Below, piece after piece: positions 1 to 8,631 of a DNA stretch of 32,000 nt. Source of the DNA: Desulfocapsa sulfexigens DSM 10523. Lineage in GTDB: Bacteria > Desulfobacterota > Desulfobulbia > Desulfobulbales > Desulfocapsaceae. The position numbers and the translations under genes are program-made. The DNA is taken from NCBI RefSeq assembly GCF_000341395.1, contig NC_020304.1, positions 2,520,001-2,552,000 of the forward strand. Reading direction: 5' to 3'. Below the pieces are notes generated by a model that did no database searches, was not told the DNA's origin, and was given only the letters and a program-made list of their open reading frames with translations. How positions within the stretch are numbered: position 1 is the stretch's first letter; each line of letters opens with the position of its first letter.

Positions 1-102
1 CAATGCTTTAGCACGTTTTAAAAGACGGATATGGCCAACATGGAGAAAATCAAAAGTGCCATAAGTGAGGATTGTTTTGATATTTGCATCAATAGACATC
101 AT
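1..102 (-). CDS. Cytidylyltransferase-family protein (glycerol-3-phosphate cytidylyltransferase/TagD-like). Only the N-terminal 34 codons are present; the gene runs off the window start.
   Basis: Too short for the ORF track. Reverse-strand translation from the ATG at 102 gives MMSIDANIKTILTYGTFDFLHVGHIRLLKRAKAL, which carries the GxFDxxHxGH nucleotidyltransferase signature. The ATG lies 1 nt after the TAA (104-106) of the upstream GT2 gene. Confidence 0.6.
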   Translation of the reverse strand, partial: MMSIDANIKTILTYGTFDFLHVGHIRLLKRAKAL

Positions 103-103
103 C

Positions 104-1120
104 TTATACCGCTAACTTCAACAATCTTAAGACTGGGTAGGATAGTTTTCCGAGGGACATAAATATTTTGGGTTGTAACCAAAAAAGTGTAAAGGATAAT
201 TTATGTTTTATTGATTTTCCGTTTAGGACGTAGAACCAACCTAGTCTTCTGAATTCGTTGTTACTTTTAAGGAAATGGATGATTTGTTTTGTCCCATCGT
301 TTTTGTTTGATTTGTCTATTAATTTGTATACTGATTCCATATTTAATTTTTCAAATTTTGCAATATTGTAGCCATTGCTTTTCAGTACATCAGAAAAACT
401 ACTTTTACATATTGATGTCTCGATGAAATTGTATATTTTGAATAAATCAAAAATGTTCTTCATCTTTAATTCACTGGTATTTGATCCAGTTCTGAAACGT
501 CTATAATAGTATAAATACTCATTGCACATTGCAACGCGTTTTGCATCCAACATGATTAAGTAGGAAAACTCGATATCCTCGTGGACATGATTTTCTCGGA
601 ACGGAATTTTTATTGCCAAATCACGAGTAATAAATTTGTTGCATGCAGATAGGCAGAACGAATTGTAATTTAGGGATTCAGTGAGAAATATTTTACCAGT
701 TATTATGTTTTCGTGAAGATAACTGTTTCGTTTTATACGTCTATCTCCAATCGCTAGATAATATTCATATACTAATACATCAAGGTTGTGTTTTTTAGCT
801 TTTTTGTAAAGAATTTCGCAGGTATTGTTGGCAATCCAATCATCGCTGTCTATGAACAAAACATACTCGCCGGTAGATTGTTTAACCCCAATATTACGCG
901 CACAACTGGTTCCGGAGTTGGCTTGCTTGATTATTTTTATTCTAGAGTCAATAGATTGATATTTTTCACTAACTTGAAGTGTGTTATCTGTTGACCCATC
1001 ATCTACTATTATAATTTCAATATTCTCTAGTGTTTGATTCACAACAGACTCTAAACATTCACTGATATATGTTTCTACATTATATGCTGGAATTATTAGA
1101 CTTACGTTTGGGGGATTCAT
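104..1120 (-). CDS. Glycosyltransferase family 2
   Basis: ORF 104..1159. The N-terminus VSLIIPAYNVETYISECLESVVNQTLENIEIIIVDDGSTDNT followed by YVLFIDSDDWI is the classic GT2 fold signature. I place the start at the ATG at 1120 (MNPPNVSLIIPAYN) because the upstream extension overlaps a GT2 remnant. Confidence 0.85.
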   Translation of the reverse strand: MNPPNVSLIIPAYNVETYISECLESVVNQTLENIEIIIVDDGSTDNTLQVSEKYQSIDSRIKIIKQANSGTSCARNIGVKQSTGEYVLFIDSDDWIANNTCEILYKKAKKHNLDVLVYEYYLAIGDRRIKRNSYLHENIITGKIFLTESLNYNSFCLSACNKFITRDLAIKIPFRENHVHEDIEFSYLIMLDAKRVAMCNEYLYYYRRFRTGSNTSELKMKNIFDLFKIYNFIETSICKSSFSDVLKSNGYNIAKFEKLNMESVYKLIDKSNKNDGTKQIIHFLKSNNEFRRLGWFYVLNGKSIKHKLSFTLFWLQPKIFMSLGKLSYPVLRLLKLAV

Positions 1121-1121
1121 C

Positions 1122-1274
1122 TTAACGGCTTGCCTCTGTAGAGCCATCATTGATAACAATTATTTCTATATTCTTAAGAGTTTGATCCATTACTGATGAG
1201 AGACATATTGAAAATATATTTTTCAGCGTTAATCGAAGAGATAATAATACTAATTTTCGGTTCCACAAAATCAT
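1122..1274 (-). pseudogene. Frameshifted 5' remnant of a GT2 glycosyltransferase gene
   Basis: One reverse-strand frame reads KISIIISSINAEKYIFN. A second frame continues CLSSVMDQTLKNIEIIVINDGSTEASR*. Joined, they mimic the GT2 N-terminus of the neighbouring gene (VSLIIPAYNVETYISECLESVVNQTLENIEIIIVDDGST) and then stop at TAA 1122-1124, immediately before the ATG at 1120. Confidence 0.4.
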
Positions 1275-1293
1275 GTCTGCTAAGGTTAGCTTC

Positions 1294-2205
1294 CTATTTC
1301 ACACTCCATCTTTTTTTTTCACCACAGGCAAGACGAAACATATCTGCGATTTCAAGGCCAATTTTTTTTGAAAAAATTGTCACTACCAAAAGCTTTAATA
1401 ACGAAATAGGAAATTCATAAAACTGATGACACAATGGAATTTGATAGCCCAATTCTTTTGAGATCTGTCTGTTTTCAAGTAAAATACCAAGACCTGATGT
1501 GAGCTTTCCAGAAACACCGCCTATAGGCATTCGATCAATTAAAAGATCGAAATACTCAGGTTCCTTATTTAATATTGATTCCATCATCAAGTAACTATCT
1601 CCAGAAATTCTTAAACGAATGTCGAAAGGCTCATTAGCTACAAAAAGTGACTTATGGTGAAATGTTGCTGGATGCGGTGGCAATTGAGGGCGGAGTAAAG
1701 TCCATTCATTTTTCAATTCACACCACGGCTTATCAATTATATCTATCACTTGTCTTTTTATTTCAGACACCAGAAGTAAATTTCCATATACTAAGTCATG
1801 AAAAGGATGCGCCTTCGCAAGGACTGATGCCATTTTTTCAAGAGTGTCAGGATCAGCCAACTCATCCCCAGCGCCTATGAATTGTATCCATTCCCCTTTT
1901 GCATGTCGCAGCGCTTTGTTCCAAGCATCATAAATCCCCTGGTCCGGTTCACTGAACCACAGGTCAATAATATCTTCGTATTGCTTAACCACTGAAAGAG
2001 TATCATCGGCGGAGGCGCCGTCAGCAATGATCCACTGAATATAAGGATACGTTTGTTTGCGGATTGAGTCTCCCGTCCAGTGTAGGTCTTTTGCAGCATT
2101 AAAAGTTGAAGTGATGATTGTGATTAGAGGTTGATCGGCGGGCTTGTTCGCTGATTCCCACGAAATTTGTCTGCCGTCGATGCGGCTTTGTTCTGTTGGA
2201 TTCAT
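1294..2205 (-). CDS. Glycosyltransferase family 2
   Basis: 303-aa ORF with an ATG start at 2205. PLITIITSTFNAAKDLHWTGDSIRKQTYPYIQWIIADGASADDT and WIQFIGAGDEL match the GT2 Rossmann-like DxD architecture. Confidence 0.8.
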   Translation of the reverse strand: MNPTEQSRIDGRQISWESANKPADQPLITIITSTFNAAKDLHWTGDSIRKQTYPYIQWIIADGASADDTLSVVKQYEDIIDLWFSEPDQGIYDAWNKALRHAKGEWIQFIGAGDELADPDTLEKMASVLAKAHPFHDLVYGNLLLVSEIKRQVIDIIDKPWCELKNEWTLLRPQLPPHPATFHHKSLFVANEPFDIRLRISGDSYLMMESILNKEPEYFDLLIDRMPIGGVSGKLTSGLGILLENRQISKELGYQIPLCHQFYEFPISLLKLLVVTIFSKKIGLEIADMFRLACGEKKRWSVK

Positions 2206-2282
2206 TTAAAACCGTTTTCTGAACTAAACAATTACTTTTGATATAGCCACAAAACCAAACAGTCTCAACTGGACTTTTATAC

Positions 2283-3464
2283 TCACCTATCTAATTCCTC
2301 CAAATCGATCACAGTTTTTACAGTACTTATAATATCAGAAATATTTACGGCTTCGACACAGGGATAGGGGCGTGAAATGTCACTTCTAATATGACATTTC
2401 CAATTACACCCAAAGCATTCCATCTGACGATAAACTGCAATTGGTTTCATTCCAGACACAGCATCAGAATAGGGCATGAAGCGCCCAAAGTGCCCACCGC
2501 CCAACACACAAACCGATGGCGTGGCGACCGATGCCGCAATGTGTACAACCGATGTCTCGTTGCCAACGACAAGTTGCGCTCCACGCAGGATTTCAACAAA
2601 CTCAAGCAGGGTTGTGTCTCCGGTGAAATCGACCCAATTAGTGCAATTGGAGTACTTGATCATCTCGGCAGCGATTGCTCGATCCGCCTTTGAGCCGCAA
2701 GCCACTGGCTGCCACCCATATAAATCATGAACAGCGTCCGCCACCTTGGCAAATGCCCCAGCAGGCCACATACGGCCCGTCGCAGATGCACCAGGAAATA
2801 TAACAAAATAGGCGCTGGATATGTACTTTGCTGATGGCAAAACGGCAACGACCGGCATCTTCGCCACTGCCGAAACCGCCTGCTCAATACCCAGACCACG
2901 AAGAAATTCCGAGTTCCTGTCAAGCTCCATCAAGGGGCGTACACTTGCTGGAACCAAGCTGGTGTACCAGCGATCACCAATCCACTTATGCCACTGATGC
3001 CTGTTGGCCAAATCACCGGTTGAGCCAATACGTAGAGGCGCACCACTCGCCTTTATCAATGCATCACCCGTAAGCAGCACCCGTGAAAACGTCGGCTGAA
3101 TAGCTAAGGATGCGCCAAGCCAGGAAACCTCTCGCATGGTCCGCCAACGGTATCGGAGATCCTTTGTAAAACGTGTAAGGTCAACACCATGCACCTCGTC
3201 AAACAGAACCGACGCTGCAGCAAGATCAACACAAACTTTATTACATGTTAGGATTATTCGTTGGTTGACATAATGCTCCCTTATTGATTTGGCACTATCC
3301 AACCAAAGTACGAAGTCACCAATGGCATCTACACGTATCAAGAGTACGGCATCAGAAGCTTCTTCATGCCTGGCAGCAGTCAACGCGGCACACCAATCGA
3401 CGACTGCAAAAAACGCAACTCGAACTGGGTGGAGAAGCCATTTTATCCAATACAAAAGGTTCAC
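2283..3464 (-). CDS. Glycosyltransferase family 9 (heptosyltransferase-like)
   Basis: 393-aa ORF with a GTG start at 3464. Supporting motifs are LIRVDAIGDFVLW near the N-terminus, FVIFPGASATGRMWP, and LLEFVEILRGAQLVVGNETSVVHIAASVATPSVCVLGG with a C-terminal Cys cluster, as in ADP-heptose:LPS heptosyltransferases. G+C is visibly higher than in the flanking genes. Confidence 0.8.
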   Translation of the reverse strand: MNLLYWIKWLLHPVRVAFFAVVDWCAALTAARHEEASDAVLLIRVDAIGDFVLWLDSAKSIREHYVNQRIILTCNKVCVDLAAASVLFDEVHGVDLTRFTKDLRYRWRTMREVSWLGASLAIQPTFSRVLLTGDALIKASGAPLRIGSTGDLANRHQWHKWIGDRWYTSLVPASVRPLMELDRNSEFLRGLGIEQAVSAVAKMPVVAVLPSAKYISSAYFVIFPGASATGRMWPAGAFAKVADAVHDLYGWQPVACGSKADRAIAAEMIKYSNCTNWVDFTGDTTLLEFVEILRGAQLVVGNETSVVHIAASVATPSVCVLGGGHFGRFMPYSDAVSGMKPIAVYRQMECFGCNWKCHIRSDISRPYPCVEAVNISDIISTVKTVIDLEELDR

Positions 3465-3470
3465 AAACCG

Positions 3471-4220
3471 CTATCCTTGGTTGCCAAGGATTTGTAGCAT
3501 TCCTTTCACTTTTTGCAATCCGGAAACAGCAACCTTTTTTAAAATAGCCTTAGTCATCTGCCGATATGGCTTAAGCCGCCAACGATTCCCAGCAAAATGG
3601 AACACCATTACCGGTATCTCTTGATCGAAACCACCCAAAGACGCAAGAATTGCTGCCCTGTGCTGGCCGTCTCGAATAAGCTTTTGATCACCAAAAAGCA
3701 CTATATAACCAGATTCATGGCAATAGCCATTTTTTTTGATTGAATTACGCAGCTTTTCTAACCGGGTTACATTATCGACTCCAGGATAGTTGTATTGGAC
3801 ATATTCTGTTAAACAACCGCTTTCCCCCTCCAAGAAACGATAGGCTGGCGAACACTTGATTTGCCTTGGCAGCATTACGTCACTGATCTTTGGTACCTTT
3901 ACACGAACTAGAGCTCTCAAATCACCCAATCGGCAAGTTTGTATTTCAACTCGCTGTATATCCTTTATTAAATCGCTCATTTCAAAGAGGAAGTGAGGGT
4001 CAAGTTTTTCAAGTTGATATTTCTGGAAAAGATTCAATTCCTTTAAGGATGATCGAATAAACTTAGTGAATTCAAGGAAATCTTTGATAGTAAAATCAAC
4101 TCTCATATTATCAATATGAAGATGAATCGACTCGCCAATATTGTCCTCTATAACAAATCTCTTTATATCGCCTTTTCTTTTACTTGCATCAGCAAGCGTA
4201 ATAACAGCTAGATTACTCAT
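3471..4220 (-). CDS. Uncharacterised protein with a C-terminal ParB/sulfiredoxin-like domain
   Basis: 249-aa ORF with an ATG at 4220. The C-terminal stretch LEKLRNSIKKNGYCHESGYIVLFGDQKLIRDGQHRAAILASLG resembles the ParB/Srx N-terminal-domain core (DGxHR). The N-terminal 60 aa resemble the 71-aa protein encoded at 4857-5072. Confidence 0.55.
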   Translation of the reverse strand: MSNLAVITLADASKRKGDIKRFVIEDNIGESIHLHIDNMRVDFTIKDFLEFTKFIRSSLKELNLFQKYQLEKLDPHFLFEMSDLIKDIQRVEIQTCRLGDLRALVRVKVPKISDVMLPRQIKCSPAYRFLEGESGCLTEYVQYNYPGVDNVTRLEKLRNSIKKNGYCHESGYIVLFGDQKLIRDGQHRAAILASLGGFDQEIPVMVFHFAGNRWRLKPYRQMTKAILKKVAVSGLQKVKGMLQILGNQG

Positions 4221-4221
4221 C

Positions 4222-4860
4222 TTAATACTCCTTGAACATCATATAAGAAGCAAAAACGCTTTCATAATCTTTGTTTTCGATTAATTTTATTAAATATGGG
4301 GTAAACTTGAAAAATATCAACGTAAGGAGATGACGATACTTATCAAAGTCGATATAAGGTGTTATAGTTTCTAGTTCTTTAATATGCTTTCTTCTGAATT
4401 CTCTTTTGTCAAAAATTGAGTGGCATATTAAATGTATCGCCAAATCTGTATTATCTGGCTGAAAAAACCATATATCTTGTACTCTTTTTTTATTTTTCCA
4501 AATAGATTTCTGAATTTCTTGATGAACAGAAACCCATTCATTGTGGTTTGGACTTTGGTAAGCAAGGGAATAAACAATATCAAAATGCAAATCTCTTTTT
4601 CGGCAAAAAAAGTGCTGGTGCGGTTCTGCATTGTATAAATATATGTTTTTGTCTCTTGAGTCTTCACTGCATTTATAACCTAATTGCGAAAAAAGCACCT
4701 CGATCGTTTTTTTATGTTTCGGCTTGCATAATATGTCAAGATCATTAGACAGTGACACTTTTTTTGGTACATCAGAAAAACCCCTAAGAAAAATAAATTC
4801 AACCTCATTGCCATGCAAGCTATCAAATACTTTCCTCAATTCTCCTAACTTAGAAGTCAT
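4222..4860 (-). CDS. Putative nucleotidyltransferase-fold protein (NTP_transf_5-like), uncharacterised
   Basis: 212-aa ORF with an ATGA overlap with the upstream gene. FLRGFSDVPKKVSLSNDLDILC followed by HFDIV fits the Pol-beta NTase pattern ([DE]h[DE]h ... h[DE]h). The region is very AT-rich. Confidence 0.4.
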   Translation of the reverse strand: MTSKLGELRKVFDSLHGNEVEFIFLRGFSDVPKKVSLSNDLDILCKPKHKKTIEVLFSQLGYKCSEDSRDKNIYLYNAEPHQHFFCRKRDLHFDIVYSLAYQSPNHNEWVSVHQEIQKSIWKNKKRVQDIWFFQPDNTDLAIHLICHSIFDKREFRRKHIKELETITPYIDFDKYRHLLTLIFFKFTPYLIKLIENKDYESVFASYMMFKEY

Positions 4861-5072
4861 TTTATACCCTTTAGGTTTCTCAGGTTTTCTTCTGCTAACA
4901 ATATTGCCAATGCATACCTTATGTAGTCATTTTTTTTTATTTCTAAGCGAAAGCTGTCTGATTGAATATGCACCACTTCCTCATATCCTGAAATATTAGG
5001 GTGGTTTAACTCAATCTCGAATACGGTATTTATTAGTTTCCCCTTTGACAATGTTTTTATCTTTTCACCCAT
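4857..5072 (-). CDS. Small hypothetical protein (71 aa)
   Basis: ATG at 5072. It overlaps both neighbours (16 nt upstream, ATGA downstream). The segment VFEIELNHPNISGYEEVVHIQSDSFRLEIKKNDYIRYALAILLAEENL is similar to RFVIEDNIGESIHLHIDNMRVDFTIKDFLEFTKFIRSSLKEL in the 249-aa protein. Confidence 0.4.
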   Translation of the reverse strand: MGEKIKTLSKGKLINTVFEIELNHPNISGYEEVVHIQSDSFRLEIKKNDYIRYALAILLAEENLRNLKGIK

Positions 5073-6019
5073 CTTAATAGTCTCTTTATTTTATGTATGA
5101 TTTTTGGAAAAAAGGCACTTTTTTTTCTTTCGTGAACCAGTGCCTCAAAGTTTATATTTGGCAAAAAAACAACAGGGTGCTTTAGCGGGAGCGTAATATC
5201 TTTTTTTTCTACACTACCCATGTTACTGCCAGGGGAGGTTGTATGGGTTGCTTCTTCACCAAAACCAATATTTTTCACAAGACTAACATGTGGGATAACG
5301 ATGAGAAATCTGTTGACTAATCTTGTGAAAATCCATTGATAATCCCAAGTGTCTATCTTTCCAGCATAAGTATTTTCAAAAGCACTCAATCTTGTTTTAT
5401 ACTCTTGATTGTTTAATATTGCTCCTTTCAATAGCCCCCCTCGGATAACTTCTGGGAAAAGACCCAAATTAACATCATAGAAACTCCAAGCTCGCCTCCA
5501 GCTCGCCCACCCCCAAATACTCCCAAAATTTGAAAAGTGATATGATTTATTGTTTATGCTAAAGTCCCCAAGGGCATTAAACCCACTTATTTGACCTACC
5601 CGTTCATCATCCTTATACTTTTTCAAAAGCTCTTCACAGAACCAAAAAAAACTCTGATTCGGCAAACAATCATCTTCCAAAATAATCCCCTGCTCCTCGT
5701 TTTCAAAAAACCAAGTGATGGCACTGCTCACGGCATACTTGCATCCAAGGTTTTTATCTCGAAACAAAGTCTTCACCTCGCAAAGCCAGTCAACTGCGGT
5801 AGCTATTTCCCGTACATTAATTACCTTTTCGGCCTCACCTTCATATTCAGGACGTGGGCCGTCAGCAGCCACGTAGAGACGCGGCGGTTTGGCTTTGCGA
5901 ATGGTCTCGAACACCTGAGATGTCGTATCCGGACGGTTGAAGACTAGAAACAGCACGGCAGTGTTTAACGGTGCTGGCGGTGTGAATTTTACAGATTGAG
6001 TCATGGTTTGGTCTGTCAT
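5057..6019 (-). CDS. Nucleotide-diphospho-sugar transferase (GT2/GnT-I-like glycosyltransferase)
   Basis: 320-aa ORF. AVLFLVFNRPDTTSQVFETIRKAKPPRLYVAADGPR and GIILEDDCLP are typical of the GnT-I-like bacterial transferases that are often annotated as HlpA-like. An alternative ATG lies at 6004. Confidence 0.7.
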   Translation of the reverse strand: MTDQTMTQSVKFTPPAPLNTAVLFLVFNRPDTTSQVFETIRKAKPPRLYVAADGPRPEYEGEAEKVINVREIATAVDWLCEVKTLFRDKNLGCKYAVSSAITWFFENEEQGIILEDDCLPNQSFFWFCEELLKKYKDDERVGQISGFNALGDFSINNKSYHFSNFGSIWGWASWRRAWSFYDVNLGLFPEVIRGGLLKGAILNNQEYKTRLSAFENTYAGKIDTWDYQWIFTRLVNRFLIVIPHVSLVKNIGFGEEATHTTSPGSNMGSVEKKDITLPLKHPVVFLPNINFEALVHERKKSAFFPKIIHKIKRLLRWVKR

Positions 6020-6470
6020 GTGTCTTGGCTCTGAATGAATTCGTCGAAGTAGCCAATGGTCGGCTTCAAACTATTTCCAGGGACACCCTGGGCGCCCCAG
6101 TTAACTTCGCGGCGATTAAGCTCAATATCGGGCTGGCGTTATTTAAGGCCGTCTCCATAGAGGGTAGTCGTTTTAGCGTAGCGCTTGCCCTCGTCAATAG
6201 GAACGCGGAGAGATCTGTTTGACATGACCGACATAACCCCTATTCCGAGGATAAATCTGCTGGTCGTCATAGAGACTCGCTGGTGGATGCCTGAAATCCG
6301 CACCTTAATCAGCCAGGCTAGTCCCAGCGTATTGATGGCCACATGCACGCTGGTCCTGGTGATTTGGTACCGGATCAAGCGACAAATGGATGGAGAGTGC
6401 GGAAAAGCAGATGTTAGATTTCGTCCACCTCCATATAAAGCACGACGGTAATATCGTGGCGCATCATTTC
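6016..6470 (-). pseudogene. Decayed coding remnant(s) of unknown family
   Basis: The reverse frame ...VHVAINTLGLAWLIKV...IDEGKRYAKTTTLYGDGLK is interrupted by TAA at 6139-6141. The same frame then continues RQPDIELNRREVNWGAQGVPGNSLKPTIGYFDEFIQSQDT and ends in an ATGA overlap with the start of the downstream transferase (6016-6019). A further frame-shifted piece, MNHYTLRPRPLTTSTKGNILHLLVKSHNEMMRHDITVVLYMEVDEI, lies upstream. Confidence 0.3.
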
Positions 6471-6565
6471 GTTATGGGATTTGACAAGTAAGTGCAGGAT
6501 ATTTCCTTTAGTGCTGGTGGTGAGGGGGCGGGGACGTAGGGTGTAGTGGTTCATTGGTTCTAGTC

Positions 6566-7906
6566 CTAAAGTCTTGTTGTGGTGCGTTCCCAAATGGCAT
6601 GAAGGTTAAATGATCGTATTTTCATCACAAACATTTTACGGGTGTCTCTTTGAATTGCATCATAAAATAGACATGCTGTAGCCTGTCCAACTACAGTAGC
6701 CACAGCCGCTCCCAATACTCCGTGTAGTGGTATGAATAGAAAATTTAGACCAACATTGACAATTGCCCCCATAACTGTCCGCTGAAGACTCAAGATTTGG
6801 CGGTTTTCAGCAAGAAACCATTTGCCGCTAGCTAAACCGAGAGAGACAAAAACGGCAGCCCAGACATGGATGGCCAGGACTGAACCTGCTTGCTCGTAGG
6901 CATCTCCGAACAACAGCGAAATGATGGTCGTGGATAAGAAGGTCATTGGTAGTGCCACGGCAATAGCAATCCATACCATCAGGTCGTACAGGCACTGCAG
7001 CCGTTCGTAATACTGCTTCTCGCTCCGTTTTTTTGTCTCTAGTATTGCCGGGAAGACAGAAGCTACAATTGCCATGGGGACGAAATACCAAACTTCGCTA
7101 ACCCTCGTTGCTGCGCTATAAATACCTACTGCTTCATCGCCGATCATTTGTCCAAGCATGATCTGGTCAATCTTCATGTAGATCATAATTGCAATGCCGG
7201 ATAGCAGCAGTGGCCAGCTATCTGCCAGTAGGGTCTTCGTACGTTTAAAGCTGGCGGTGAGGCTACTGAGCTGGGGGCCGCGTAGGTCTAGCATCAACAA
7301 CATCAGCAATGCTACGACCAGCGCTTCGGCCATTATTGCCCAGGCAAAGGCAATCAGTGGGCTGTTTTGTAAAATGAGCCCGACCTTGATGACGGCGAAG
7401 AGCAGAAATACGCCATTCTGCACCCAGACGGTGTATTTAGATAATACCTGCGATTCAAACCAGTAAACGGAAACCTTGGCAGCCTTAAACAGCATCATGG
7501 AACCAAGGATGCTGGCAATAGCTTTGGCCAAGGCGTCATCTGCCCGCAACCAAAAGATGGTTGTGAGAATCAGTGTGTAGGCAATGAGGCCACCAAGAAA
7601 TTGCAGTATGGCGGCGGTGCCCAGCGTTTCTTCCTTGCCGCTGGGGTTGTGAACTATGTCCCGCACCACTATGCTCTGCAGTCCTAGGGTAGCAATGGCA
7701 CCAAACAACTCGATAAATGCGGTGGTAAAGTTCAGCAGTCCAAACTGTTCGGGCCCCAGGTAGCGGGCAATCCATACGCCAACAAACAGCCCTACCCCCA
7801 TACGCAGAATTTTATCAAAGAACAGCCAACCGATGTTATCGACAATCTTGAGCAGATTGGGTCGATGCTCAATATAGTGGCGGATAAAAGAAGGAATAAT
7901 ATTCAT
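6566..7906 (-). CDS. wzx: Polysaccharide/O-antigen flippase, MOP superfamily (Wzx-like)
   Basis: 446-aa polytopic membrane ORF with an ATG at 7906. The N-terminus LLKIVDNIGWLFFDKILRMGVGLFVGVWIARYLGPEQFGLLNFTTAF is typical of the Polysacc_synt families. Confidence 0.8.
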   Translation of the reverse strand: MNIIPSFIRHYIEHRPNLLKIVDNIGWLFFDKILRMGVGLFVGVWIARYLGPEQFGLLNFTTAFIELFGAIATLGLQSIVVRDIVHNPSGKEETLGTAAILQFLGGLIAYTLILTTIFWLRADDALAKAIASILGSMMLFKAAKVSVYWFESQVLSKYTVWVQNGVFLLFAVIKVGLILQNSPLIAFAWAIMAEALVVALLMLLMLDLRGPQLSSLTASFKRTKTLLADSWPLLLSGIAIMIYMKIDQIMLGQMIGDEAVGIYSAATRVSEVWYFVPMAIVASVFPAILETKKRSEKQYYERLQCLYDLMVWIAIAVALPMTFLSTTIISLLFGDAYEQAGSVLAIHVWAAVFVSLGLASGKWFLAENRQILSLQRTVMGAIVNVGLNFLFIPLHGVLGAAVATVVGQATACLFYDAIQRDTRKMFVMKIRSFNLHAIWERTTTRL

Positions 7907-8219
7907 ATACGCTCAAGCCTTTACACCATGTGGTTATTGACGATAATCCATAGCCCAACCTACATCCTTTATCACCCTTTCATCCCGCTGCGCGACTCAC
8001 GGAACTGTTTGTATCATTTCGGTAGTCAGTCGAGCGTTTATTCCATTTTTGGCAGAATACCCAGCAGTTTTGCCATCTCACCCAAAACCAAAATATGGGT
8101 TCACTACAAGCAGGAAGACATCTTCATCGGCTAAACTCTTGAGCCGTCTTCCCTGTATCTAATTGTGTGAATGAATTGGCTTCATTGTACGTTGAATTGG
8201 TTCGTGTTATAGCTTTTTT

Positions 8220-8630
8220 CTAATTGTCTTGGATGAAGACAAGAGGGGATATGTTGAATTTTAAGCTTAGTTCTTTGACTTGCCTGATATTCAAATGCCT
8301 CTTTCCTTTCAAAATTTCTGACACAACGCCCTGACTACCAATTTCTGGTAGATCTGTTTGTTTCAGATTGTGCTCTTTCATTAAGTAGCGTAATGATTCA
8401 ATTGGGTGGCCATGCATTGTTGGGACATTCTTGTTCTCATAGGTTTCGATTAAATTACCAATACTCTCCATTAATGAGGCCAGTGGGTGATTTTCGTTTT
8501 CACCTACTTCATCTATGAGGTTGTCCAGCATGGAAACAAGGTGTTCGTATTCTTCTTCGGTATGGGGAACAGAGAAAATACTTTTAATTTTGGGCCATAC
8601 ATTGGCGATATCTTCTAATTGAGTTTCCAT
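8220..8630 (-). CDS. higA: HigA-family antitoxin (HTH/XRE-type)
   Basis: I place the start at the ATG at 8630 (METQLEDIANVWPK), preceded by GGAGGGAGGG and 1 nt after the higB stop. It has the layout of E. coli HigA (YgjM), with a C-terminal HTH (LKQTDLPEIGSQGVVSEILKGKRHLNIRQVKELS). Confidence 0.8.
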   Translation of the reverse strand: METQLEDIANVWPKIKSIFSVPHTEEEYEHLVSMLDNLIDEVGENENHPLASLMESIGNLIETYENKNVPTMHGHPIESLRYLMKEHNLKQTDLPEIGSQGVVSEILKGKRHLNIRQVKELSLKFNISPLVFIQDN

Positions 8631-8631
8631 T

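Noticed and set aside
7907-8219. Possible coding remnant upstream of the flippase. The reverse frame reads ...ADEDVFLLVVNPYFGFG*DGKTAGYSAKNGINARLTTEMIQTVP*.
   Set aside because: These are only short open stretches broken by stops. I could not match them to any family. The region may simply be the promoter region of the flippase operon.
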